From an uncultured Candidatus Poseidoniales archaeon (GTDB taxonomy: Archaea > Thermoplasmatota > Poseidoniia > Poseidoniales > CAYMED01), in NCBI GenBank assembly GCA_964389655.1, contig CAYMED010000032.1, positions 1 through 16,455 on the forward strand: DNA of 16,455 nucleotides, written 5' to 3'. Below, piece by piece: positions 1-7,921 of this stretch; the stretch's first letter is position 1, and the number at the start of each line of letters is the position of its first letter. Position numbers and translations under genes: made by a program. Under the pieces are notes generated by a model that was not told the DNA's origin, searched no databases, and saw only the letters and a list, made by a program, of their open reading frames with translations.

Positions 1-403
1 AGATGTGTCCCCCATCAGCTGTAGATACTGCTGTGATTTTGTCCCCTGGGCGTGCCAAGGCTTTCAATGCAGCAATGTTTGAAACAGTACCACTTGTAGA
101 TTGGATATTGGCAAATGAACAATCAAACACCTCTTTGGCAAGTTCAATCCCAAGTGCTTCAATATCATCAAAACCCTCACACCCTTGATAGTATCTCCTT
201 CCTGGCAATCCTTCGGCATACCGGCCATGAAGATCACTCGCCATTAATTCTTGAACGCGGGGGCTCAATATATTCTCACTCGCAATCATCCCTAGCCCCA
301 TCCTGTAGGCGTCCCCACTTTTTTTTGCTGCAGACTTTACACGTTCAGCAAAGTCTAGGTGCTCCGCTTTTGGTGCCCCCGCCCCTCGCTGATTCGATGA
401 CAT
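1..403 (-). CDS. glyA: Serine hydroxymethyltransferase, 5' part (runs off the left edge)
   Basis: Not in the ORF track. Manual translation from ATG at 403: MSSNQRGAG...GLGMIASENILSPRV...HGRYAEGLPGRRYYQGCEGFDDIE...ANIQSTSGTVSN...PGDKITAVSTADGGHI. The IASEN, YAEGxPGxRYYxGC and GGH motifs are diagnostic of SHMT. Confidence 0.95.
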   Translation of the reverse strand, partial: MSSNQRGAGAPKAEHLDFAERVKSAAKKSGDAYRMGLGMIASENILSPRVQELMASDLHGRYAEGLPGRRYYQGCEGFDDIEALGIELAKEVFDCSFANIQSTSGTVSNIAALKALARPGDKITAVSTADGGHI

Positions 404-483
404 GAATGCGGGACCTGTGTGCCACACGATGAATGTGCGCATGCATCAACACCTTCTTTGTGCAGTATCCCCTGCGGCAACTG

Positions 484-1233
484 ATGTATCGGACCTCAAA
501 CCCCGCGCTCAATGATCAGACCTTCATCATTGGCGCAGGAGTTCATCCAAATACGGAAGCAATGACACTCGAGGGCGTCGCTAGTAAAACTGCTTTTCTT
601 TTAGCTATCTCATCAGCAGTTGCAATTGGTGTATGGACTCTGACGATGCCGAGTAATAATGCCATGCTGGCAGTAGGACTCGCGGGGGCAGGATCAATAG
701 GTGGGCTAATTATCGCATTAATCGTGATTTTTGGCAAATCAGTGAACCCTGGACTCATCACTACTTATGCGCTGGTTGAGGGCTTGTTACTTGGGGGCAT
801 GTCCTCAGTTGCAGAAATGTATTACCCTGGAATTGCCATGCAGGCAGTCTTGCTCACGTTTTGCATTTTTGTTGGGGTTCTCGTGATCTACCGCATGCGC
901 TTAATCCCTTACACAGAGAATATGCGGATCGCCATATCAGCAGCTGTGGGTGGTATTTTCCTGATCTATTTGGTGTCATTCCTCCTGTCAGCCATTGGCT
1001 TTCCAGTACCCTATATTCATGGGTCAGGACCAATTGGAATCGGGTTCAGCATATTTGTTGTTCTAATTGCATGTCTCTCTCTTGTTGCAGATTTCGATTT
1101 TGTCGAGAAGGGTGTGGAGAACAAGGCCCCACGTGAACTGGAATGGCGTGCCGCTTTTGGCTTACTTGTGACTCTCATTTGGTTATACATTGAGGTCCTG
1201 CGTTTATTGATGAAGTTACAAAGCCGTCGATGA
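484..1233 (+). CDS. Bax inhibitor-1/YccA family membrane protein
   Basis: About 7 hydrophobic segments. Family-typical N-terminus MYRTSNPAL (start moved from 433 to ATG 484) and C-terminal DFDFVEKGV...APRELEWRAAFGLLVTLIWLYIEVLRLL. Confidence 0.88.
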   Translation: MYRTSNPALNDQTFIIGAGVHPNTEAMTLEGVASKTAFLLAISSAVAIGVWTLTMPSNNAMLAVGLAGAGSIGGLIIALIVIFGKSVNPGLITTYALVEGLLLGGMSSVAEMYYPGIAMQAVLLTFCIFVGVLVIYRMRLIPYTENMRIAISAAVGGIFLIYLVSFLLSAIGFPVPYIHGSGPIGIGFSIFVVLIACLSLVADFDFVEKGVENKAPRELEWRAAFGLLVTLIWLYIEVLRLLMKLQSRR

Positions 1234-1243
1234 TCAAAGGAAG

Positions 1244-1693
1244 TCATGGTTTGTAGGTGGCGCATGATTTTGGTGTTTCCCAAACATGCATTGCAGAGAG
1301 TTTCATAGCATTACCATACGCGGACTGAATATGTGGGGAAACTTGCTCAAATGCCCATTTGGCGAGATTTTCAGCAGTTGGGATAAATGGAACGACCAAA
1401 GTTTGGTGATCAGGTCCCATCGCATCTAGTGCGAGAAGTGTGACTTCATCACCTTCCCATACAACGAATGCATGATCAATGAGATCATGTACCTGTTCAG
1501 TCAAAATGCGATTAATATCGGCAAAATCAATGACCATTCCTTCATCTGAGACTCCAATTTGAGTGACCGTTTCTCCAACAACTTCTGCTTCCCATCGATA
1601 TCTATGGCCATGAAGGTTGCAACATTTCATTTTATGATTCGGAATTCGGTGCCCAGTGTCTGTTTCAACCCAGCGGCGTATGCTCATCGTCAT
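1244..1693 (-). CDS. queD: 6-carboxy-5,6,7,8-tetrahydropterin synthase (PTPS family)
   Basis: GHRIPNHKMKCCNLHGHRY, GMVIDF, DH, PTAENLA and VWETP motifs. ATGA overlap with the msrB stop, GGAGG RBS upstream, and que-cluster context. Confidence 0.93.
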   Translation of the reverse strand: MTMSIRRWVETDTGHRIPNHKMKCCNLHGHRYRWEAEVVGETVTQIGVSDEGMVIDFADINRILTEQVHDLIDHAFVVWEGDEVTLLALDAMGPDHQTLVVPFIPTAENLAKWAFEQVSPHIQSAYGNAMKLSAMHVWETPKSCATYKP

Positions 1694-2112
1694 GTTAACC
1701 TCCTCCCCTCCTCAAACTCTAAACTGGCAGAATTAATGCAATATCTCAAACCCCCGTGTTCTAGCGGCCCGTCGGGAAAAAGATGTCCCAAATGTGAATC
1801 ACAATGTGAGCATCGAACTTCTGTGCGAATTAATCCATGCGTCTTGTCCTCAATACGAGATATTTCTGCGCTCACGTCTTCTGTATGAAAAGATGGCCAC
1901 CCACAATGTGAAGCATATTTCATCTCTGAAGTGAATAGCAGATGTGAGCAACATATGCAGCGATAAGCCCCCTCCCTCCCTTCATTGAGATATTGTCCCG
2001 TGAATGCACTTTCAGTGCCTCCCTCTTGGGTGACATGCCACTGCAAATCGGTCAATCTTTTTTTCAAGTTATCCGCTGAGGACTTCTTATCTAACCGACC
2101 TTTTTCACTCAT
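1690..2112 (-). CDS. msrB: Peptide-methionine (R)-S-oxide reductase
   Basis: VTQEGGTExAF, YRCICC, CGWPSF, RTEVRCSHCDSHLGHLFPDGP and RYCINSASL motifs. ATG 2112 preferred over 2127 (GGAGG upstream, 8-nt overlap with the queC end). Confidence 0.96.
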   Translation of the reverse strand: MSEKGRLDKKSSADNLKKRLTDLQWHVTQEGGTESAFTGQYLNEGREGAYRCICCSHLLFTSEMKYASHCGWPSFHTEDVSAEISRIEDKTHGLIRTEVRCSHCDSHLGHLFPDGPLEHGGLRYCINSASLEFEEGRRLT

Positions 2113-2908
2113 CAAAATTCCCTCCAATATATCCCTCTCGAATGTATGATGCCTGCACTTTCAAGGCGTCCGAAAGGACATCCCTCCATGCTTTGATGTA
2201 GGGGGCCGGATCTTTCTTCCCTATTGAATGAAATGCCAAGATCCGTTCAACATCAGCACCACTCTGGCCAGATGATCGCCCTAATGAATCAGGGTTGTAG
2301 GACGTATTTGTGTTTGAAAAGACAGTATCAAAATCGAGACCAAGATGCTTGATGGCATCATCAGCATCTCGCAGGATTGTTTCCTTGTTTCCAGAAATAT
2401 AGGGGAGGTGGAAAGAAACTTGCTCACTGTTCCAGTTTCCGATTTTGAATGCGTTCTCAAGTGCATCGTAAAACTCAGGTCTGCAATCCGGATAAATCGC
2501 GTGATCGCCACTATGCACGCCAAGTGCAATCACCACTTTTGTGTCTTCACGCAAGGCAACAGATAGGGCGTAGCCATATAGGACCGATGCAAAAATCGCG
2601 TTTCGGTTCGGAACAACTGTCTGCTTCATTTGTTCCTCTTCGTAATGACCCAGTGGCACTTCGAAGTGATCTGTGGTTAGTGCAGAGTGGAACACACCCA
2701 TGGCAGAACTTAGGTCCACAATTTGATGCTCAACAACGATCCCCTTGGATGCGAGGTAGGCAATGTTCAATTTTGCTCGCTCTAATTCAATGCTATGTTT
2801 TTGTCCATAATTGTAGGATAGGCAACTAACTTGCCACCCATCTGCTAGCAAGCGCATCAGCAAACCTGTGCTGTCCATGCCACCTGAAAGAGCCATCACC
2901 GCACGCAT
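2105..2908 (-). CDS. queC: 7-cyano-7-deazaguanine (preQ0) synthase, cysteine-less zinc-site variant
   Basis: PP-loop LSGGMDST, YGQKHxxEL, TVVPNRNAIF and GVHSGDHAIYPDCRPEF motifs. Start at ATG 2908 in a TGATG overlap with the queE stop. Confidence 0.93.
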   Translation of the reverse strand: MRAVMALSGGMDSTGLLMRLLADGWQVSCLSYNYGQKHSIELERAKLNIAYLASKGIVVEHQIVDLSSAMGVFHSALTTDHFEVPLGHYEEEQMKQTVVPNRNAIFASVLYGYALSVALREDTKVVIALGVHSGDHAIYPDCRPEFYDALENAFKIGNWNSEQVSFHLPYISGNKETILRDADDAIKHLGLDFDTVFSNTNTSYNPDSLGRSSGQSGADVERILAFHSIGKKDPAPYIKAWRDVLSDALKVQASYIREGYIGGNFDE

Positions 2909-3507
2909 CACAGCACCCCCATCCACTTGTGTGTCTGGAGGCTGAGTCTCCAACCAGGACTGTCCTTGACGACTTTTTCGACAGCTTGGAATGATTTCCC
3001 ATTTTCTTCAACAGAATTTTCTTCGATGTAGCAGGGTTGGAGAAATTGGTGCTTGAATCCTTTCTTGAGATCATCATACATGCTCAAATCCTGACCACAG
3101 TAGACAACTTTCAGTTCATCTCCAAACCGCTGCTTGATCGCTATGTTTGGATACAATTGGTCCTTTGGGGATACACAAATCCAATCGATAATGGGATCTA
3201 CCACGATTGTACCGTTTGTTTCAATTGAAAGATTAATTCCGTGCATTTTCAATCGCTGACCAATTGCTGCTAAATTCTGAATCGCAGGCTCACCCCCTGT
3301 GAAAATGACGCGCTTGCAATTATAGGACAGCACTTTCTCAACAATTGGATCAATCCCATATTCCTCATAGGTGTTGAATTCAGTATCACACCATTTACAC
3401 TGCAGATTGCAATTGCCAAATCGGATGAAAACGTGCGGGATCCCTACATGAAAGCCTTCGCCCTGTACTGAGTGGAAAATTTCAACGACAGGGTAACTTT
3501 CTAGCAC
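2908..3507 (-). CDS. queE: 7-carboxy-7-deazaguanine synthase (radical SAM)
   Basis: EIFHSVQGEG, FIRFGNCNLQCKWCDT (CxxxCxxC), FTGGEP, IETNG, VSPK and WRLSLQTHK motifs. Start is GTG 3507 (GGGTG upstream) or TTG 3519. Confidence 0.94.
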   Translation of the reverse strand: MLESYPVVEIFHSVQGEGFHVGIPHVFIRFGNCNLQCKWCDTEFNTYEEYGIDPIVEKVLSYNCKRVIFTGGEPAIQNLAAIGQRLKMHGINLSIETNGTIVVDPIIDWICVSPKDQLYPNIAIKQRFGDELKVVYCGQDLSMYDDLKKGFKHQFLQPCYIEENSVEENGKSFQAVEKVVKDSPGWRLSLQTHKWMGVL

Positions 3508-3519
3508 ATAAACACCCAA

Positions 3520-4080
3520 TCATTCCCTTATTAGCTGCATTAATTCAGATCTCGCTTCTGCCTTATCGAAGAACACCCCACGCATTGCAGAAGTCGTCAT
3601 GATCGAATTCTGTTTTTTGACCCCTCGGCACTGCATACAGCCATGGGATGCCTCGATGATCACAGCACAACCTAGCGGCGCCAGATATGTCTCTAAATCA
3701 TCCGCTACATCCTTGGTAATTCTCTCTTGGTTTTGCAATCTGCAAGCATGTAAGTCGACAATTCGTGCTATTTTACTGACCCCCACAATTCGTTCCGTCG
3801 GGATGTAAGCAACATGTGCTTGACCTGTGAAGGGGAGAAGGTGATGCTCACAAGTGCTATGAAACTCGATGTCACGTAATAGCACAATTCCATCGTATCC
3901 CTCCCCATTAAAGGTGGAATCCAATACTTCATCAGGACTAATCTGATAACCACCAAAAATTTCCTTCCATGACTCAATCACTCGTCTAGGTGTATCTCGA
4001 AGCCCCTCGCGTTCAACGTCACCGCCGATATAATTGAGAAGGGTCTTCACAGCTTGCTGGGCCTCCGCTTCAGTAACCAT
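3520..4080 (-). CDS. folE: GTP cyclohydrolase I (type IA, FolE)
   Basis: REGLRDTPRRV, STCEHHLLPF, GVSKIAR, RLQNQER and HGCMQCRGV motifs. GGAGGTGA RBS directly upstream. Confidence 0.95.
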   Translation of the reverse strand: MVTEAEAQQAVKTLLNYIGGDVEREGLRDTPRRVIESWKEIFGGYQISPDEVLDSTFNGEGYDGIVLLRDIEFHSTCEHHLLPFTGQAHVAYIPTERIVGVSKIARIVDLHACRLQNQERITKDVADDLETYLAPLGCAVIIEASHGCMQCRGVKKQNSIMTTSAMRGVFFDKAEARSELMQLIRE

Positions 4081-4254
4081 TTAATCACCTCCAATTCGAC
4101 CATGACGTTGGTCAATGCGATCCAATTGATCCAGCAACTTTCTACAAGCCGTACGAATCGCATCTGAAAGGCTGACAAATTTGTGGCCATCCCCGACATG
4201 TACGCGCAGATCGGCTAGCAACTCAGCAGGTATGTCAAGGCTAATCTTGGGCAC
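4081..4254 (-). CDS. Ribbon-helix-helix (CopG/Arc/MetJ-type) transcriptional regulator, 57 aa
   Basis: From GTG 4254: MPKISLDIPAELLADLRVHVGDGHKFVSLSDAIRTACRKLLDQLD.... Shows an alternating beta strand (KISLDIP), helix A, and the SxSDAIRxA helix-B pattern. The stop abuts the folE ATG. The track's extension to 4404 overlaps the permease and is not credible. Confidence 0.85.
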   Translation of the reverse strand: MPKISLDIPAELLADLRVHVGDGHKFVSLSDAIRTACRKLLDQLDRIDQRHGRIGGD

Positions 4255-4279
4255 AATTGCTGTGATTTTACGCGCACAC

Positions 4280-4310
4280 TTAATATTACTGGAGTAATAC
4301 TTGGATATTA
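4280..4310 (-). promoter_or_regulatory. Putative promoter of the que operon with an overlapping palindromic operator
   Basis: Minus-strand TATTAA (4280-4285) lies 26-31 nt upstream of GTG 4254, which is leaderless archaeal spacing. It overlaps the perfect inverted repeat TATTACT-GG-AGTAATA (4284-4299). Confidence 0.6.
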
Positions 4311-5549
4311 TTAGGAGATGGATTCGACGAGGTCTTCTCTTCCAAATTGGCGAGCAGCATACCACACCGCAATCCCGGCATGAAAAAGACTCGATGAGAG
4401 CCATAATGTGACATGAGTGACGTGTACCCGGTCTAGAAGCAATTCACGCATCGCAATTAGAAGATTGACAATTGGTGCGACATGCCACAATGTCGCAATG
4501 CTGTCGAGGTTCAGAAATTGTGCAATTGCTACAGGGGCGATCATGAGTACTGTGATGGGTGTGAGCAGTGCTCCTGCTTCTCGAACCGATTTTGCCTTCA
4601 TTGCAATCGCAAGTTCTACTGCCACAATTAGTACTGAGAAGGTTAGTAGTGCAACAAAAAGTAGGGCCATGGAGGTGAGCGAGAGACTTGGTGCTGTGAA
4701 CATTGTAGTTCCTCTTGTCAGAACGGCAATGGCTATGCCCAACCCTGCAAATTGAGTGATGACTCCGGCGGCAGCAATGGTCGATACTGCCAACCACTTT
4801 CCCACGAGAAGTTCTTTGCGAGTAGCGGGAGTTGCCAGCAATGCCTCTAATGTTTGGCGTTCCCTCTCTCCTGCTGTCATGTCAATTGACGGCTGGATTG
4901 CTAGGGTTGCAGTCCAAAGTGTAACAAAGAATGGGACAAATAGGCTGAATATCCGACCAGAACGTTCGCCTACATCAGCTACATCGGTTAACTCACTTCC
5001 GGATGCTCTACGAACCGGTTCTAAGGTGGCATTTACATCAAGCCCTACGCCCTCAAGGCGCGCCGTCGTCATGGTCAACGACCAGGCATTCACAAGGCCA
5101 TCAACGCGATTCCACGCTTCAATGGATGATTCCCTGCGTGAATCATGAATGATTGAATAGCGCCAAACGTCTTCATTATCGGCATTTACCAACTGAATGC
5201 GCAATATGGCGTCAACATCGCCACCCCGGATTCGCATTCTATCCTCCCCTGGGTCCGAGATGTTTGAGGAGATATTTTCAGAGATCGTGGATGTCCCAAT
5301 GGTGATGTGCTGATTTTCAAATTGATTTAGCAAGCCTCTAGGTGCTGTTTGATTTGTTTCAGTTTGAATTTCAACAACGACATTTATTTCTTCCCTTTCC
5401 TCAATTTCTCCCTCGATCACCATGGGAAGTATCCACAGAAGCAATGGCATTGCGAGGAGTGGTACGAGAATTATTGCAAGGAGTGTGCGCCAATCACGGA
5501 CGAAATCTGTGAGCTCTTTGGCCCAAATAGTGCGTACACGAGGGTTCAT
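4311..5549 (-). CDS. ABC-2 type exporter permease (NatB-like)
   Basis: N-terminal KELxDxxRDxRTL plus a TM helix, a large extracytoplasmic domain, the AGERERQTLEALLATP...LLVGKW motif and about 5 further TM helices. 4-nt overlap with the ATPase gene. Confidence 0.88.
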   Translation of the reverse strand: MNPRVRTIWAKELTDFVRDWRTLLAIILVPLLAMPLLLWILPMVIEGEIEEREEINVVVEIQTETNQTAPRGLLNQFENQHITIGTSTISENISSNISDPGEDRMRIRGGDVDAILRIQLVNADNEDVWRYSIIHDSRRESSIEAWNRVDGLVNAWSLTMTTARLEGVGLDVNATLEPVRRASGSELTDVADVGERSGRIFSLFVPFFVTLWTATLAIQPSIDMTAGERERQTLEALLATPATRKELLVGKWLAVSTIAAAGVITQFAGLGIAIAVLTRGTTMFTAPSLSLTSMALLFVALLTFSVLIVAVELAIAMKAKSVREAGALLTPITVLMIAPVAIAQFLNLDSIATLWHVAPIVNLLIAMRELLLDRVHVTHVTLWLSSSLFHAGIAVWYAARQFGREDLVESIS

Positions 5550-6388
5550 TCTTCATCCTCCAGGGGGCTTTGAGTACGCGGGCGAATGATGCGTGTCCAC
5601 ATTCGATCTAAAATTCCTAAATTTTTGGCATCTGCCCCAACGTCACGCGCATGGTCAGAAGTCAGAGATACGAATGCGCCTTCGAGATCCATTGTACCAG
5701 TTTGCTGACGTATCTCTTCAGGCGAGCCAATTGCCCTTATCAGACCATTATGCATGATGATAATTGAATCACAAATCCGGTCAGCTTCTTCAAGGCGATG
5801 TGTGCTGTAGATCACAGTACCCCCTTCCATTGCCCAGGCCTTGACAAGATCTCGAACAGTACGTGCACTTGTGATGTCCAATCCAGCGGTTGGCTCGTCC
5901 AGCAAAAGCAAATCAGGACCATGGACAAGCGCCCGTAAAAGTGCGATTTTCTGCCTCATCCCGCGGCTAAATCCGCGGGTTGCCCGATTCAGATCATTGG
6001 CAACTTCAATCCGCTTAGCAAATTCAAGCGTGCGTTGCCAAGAGACCTCGTCGCTTAGGCCATGTAACCGGGCATGGTATCGTATATTTTCCCATCCTGA
6101 AAGTCGCTGATAGAGCCCAGTTGATTCGGGTAATACACCAATCTTTGCACGATGTGCTGAAGGTGAGACTTCCGCACCATCATCTGATACGAAGAAGAGA
6201 TTTCCATGATCGGGGCTGACTACACCGGAAAGAAGACGGAGTAGCGTGGTCTTGCCAGCTCCATTTCCGCCGACTAACCCACATACTCCTCCCCGCCTGA
6301 GATTAAAACTCACCCCATCAATGGCTTGCACTTGGCCAAATGATTTCCTCACGTTTTCTGCGACAACAAGATTATTTGAATTTTCCAT
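5546..6388 (-). CDS. ABC transporter ATP-binding protein (NatA-like)
   Basis: Walker A GGNGAGKTT, signature FSRGMRQK, Walker B LLLLDEPT and H-loop STH. Confidence 0.95.
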   Translation of the reverse strand: MENSNNLVVAENVRKSFGQVQAIDGVSFNLRRGGVCGLVGGNGAGKTTLLRLLSGVVSPDHGNLFFVSDDGAEVSPSAHRAKIGVLPESTGLYQRLSGWENIRYHARLHGLSDEVSWQRTLEFAKRIEVANDLNRATRGFSRGMRQKIALLRALVHGPDLLLLDEPTAGLDITSARTVRDLVKAWAMEGGTVIYSTHRLEEADRICDSIIIMHNGLIRAIGSPEEIRQQTGTMDLEGAFVSLTSDHARDVGADAKNLGILDRMWTRIIRPRTQSPLEDEE

Positions 6389-6455
6389 TCAAATCGTTCT
6401 CACATTCTGATGGGTTATTCCCGAAGAGGTATTATGTGCGTATAACACCCTCGAA

Positions 6456-6812
6456 TCACGCGTTTCCGATGGCAGTTCCGAGATTGGGATGCGCACTGTC
6501 TATGCGTTCAGCGCGTTCTAGCAAGGCCTGCAAACGCAGATTGATTTCTTCTTTATCAACACCTAGTCCAACTAAAGACGAGAGTAACTCAATTCCTCCT
6601 TCAATTGCTCCTGCAGCTAGATATGCATCATTCGTGATTTCTTCTGAATTGCGCAATGATGAGAGCCGTTTTGAGAGAAATATGTGTTCCTTTTTCAACA
6701 TCTCCGCATTGAGGTCGGCAACCGACATGAGTCGCTCAATCAGTGTCTTCATGATAAGAGCGGCTAATGGCCCGCCCTTGACATTTTTCCTGATGTCTGA
6801 GTCGTTGGACAT
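6456..6812 (-). CDS. Hypothetical, probably all-helical protein (118 aa)
   Basis: Fills the gap between co-oriented genes and has amphipathic-helix composition. ATG 6812 (MSNDSDIRK) preferred. No family recognised. Confidence 0.6.
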   Translation of the reverse strand: MSNDSDIRKNVKGGPLAALIMKTLIERLMSVADLNAEMLKKEHIFLSKRLSSLRNSEEITNDAYLAAGAIEGGIELLSSLVGLGVDKEEINLRLQALLERAERIDSAHPNLGTAIGNA

Positions 6813-7788
6813 GGTGCTGTGATGCAAGGAAAATGATTGCAAAGATGGGTAATGCGCCTAGGCTCGGGAGAAAACCACCCTCCTCACATGCCATTTCCGT
6901 ACAGCTCCATTCCCCACCACTGCAGGTGCAACTATTGCAGCCATCTCCAGATTCCTTTGTGTCTCCACTCGTACATGTTGTGATCTGTCCCATTGTGCTG
7001 TCCCAATCATGGATCAATATCAGGCGTAGGTCCTCTCCGTCTGTTGCTTGTGGAAGTTCAAGGGAAATCATGCCCCCGTTTCCAGTGCCCAAGTCAATCC
7101 AAGATCTTGAAACGTGAGGATATGTACCTAAGTCGTTTCCACCCTCTGGGAATTCAGCGGCATCTTCTACGATGACCAACCAAGAGCGAACGGAATTTAT
7201 GATCCCAGCTGTGTAGTTGAATGACCAAACAACTTCTCCGCTTCGGTTACCCGATAATGTCCAGTTGAGATAACTTGAACCTGATGCAGCATGCGTTGTT
7301 TGGGTGGCCAATGATCTATTATATTCTTCACCCAATGTGGCCCCTTCATCAGGTAATGAGCCAGCATGCATCAGCTCGCCATTGATCACGACAGTTGGAG
7401 GCGCTCTAGAGATGCGTGCTTCATTTATTGACACATTGCCATAGCGGTCCGTCCATCTTGCGTCACCCTCTGCAGTTCCAAAAGGGTCCTCCCCCCCTGG
7501 TTGCTCGTGCCTATGCACGTGAATTGCAACATCTTCAGCTCTTAATTCAGCATCAAGTGCATGTTCACTTTTAACGCAGTTAGTGCACCACGTAGCCGTA
7601 TATACTTCAATGATTGTGGGTAGTTCAGCAAGTGATGCAGTTTTCTCAGCACTTGTGTTTGCCAATACACTCAACCCTCCGATTGTCCCCCCTCCCTCGT
7701 TCCTACTAGGGACTGCCGCTCTACCTGATACTGATGGTAGTCCTGCCAGTAAGAGCATGATTGCGAGTACAATGAGTGCCCTGCGCAT
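6736..7788 (-). CDS. Exported, C-terminally anchored thioredoxin-fold protein (CxxC) with a pacifastin-like Cys-rich domain
   Basis: Signal peptide MRRALIVLAIMLLLAG; EVYTATWCTNC; cis-Pro-like PTVVING; a beta-rich domain with VIVED...HV.R (Omp28/DUF1223-like layout); a 6-Cys module; and a GFLPSLG + hydrophobic tail. Confidence 0.8.
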   Translation of the reverse strand: MRRALIVLAIMLLLAGLPSVSGRAAVPSRNEGGGTIGGLSVLANTSAEKTASLAELPTIIEVYTATWCTNCVKSEHALDAELRAEDVAIHVHRHEQPGGEDPFGTAEGDARWTDRYGNVSINEARISRAPPTVVINGELMHAGSLPDEGATLGEEYNRSLATQTTHAASGSSYLNWTLSGNRSGEVVWSFNYTAGIINSVRSWLVIVEDAAEFPEGGNDLGTYPHVSRSWIDLGTGNGGMISLELPQATDGEDLRLILIHDWDSTMGQITTCTSGDTKESGDGCNSCTCSGGEWSCTEMACEEGGFLPSLGALPIFAIIFLASQHHVQRLRHQEKCQGRAISRSYHEDTD

Positions 7789-7921
7789 GTGATGAAGGAG
7801 ATCATCTCTAGATATGAAGCGGTTGGTCAGCCGTTTTGTTCCCTGCCTGAATATTGAATTATAGATTTGTCCCGAAACCGACTAGGAGCAATTTCAAATC
7901 AACATAGTCAAAGGACCCCTC

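Noticed and set aside
3-405. Plus-strand ORFs 3..188 and 115..405
   Set aside because: Antisense to the glyA frame.
1244-4080. The que cluster as a dpd-type DNA-modification or viral anti-restriction island
   Set aside because: No dpdA/TGT-like, restriction, integrase or viral genes. The flanks are housekeeping, so archaeosine supply is the simpler explanation.
4255-4310. preQ1 riboswitch upstream of the que operon
   Set aside because: No recognisable preQ1 aptamer, and the TATA spacing implies almost no 5' leader.
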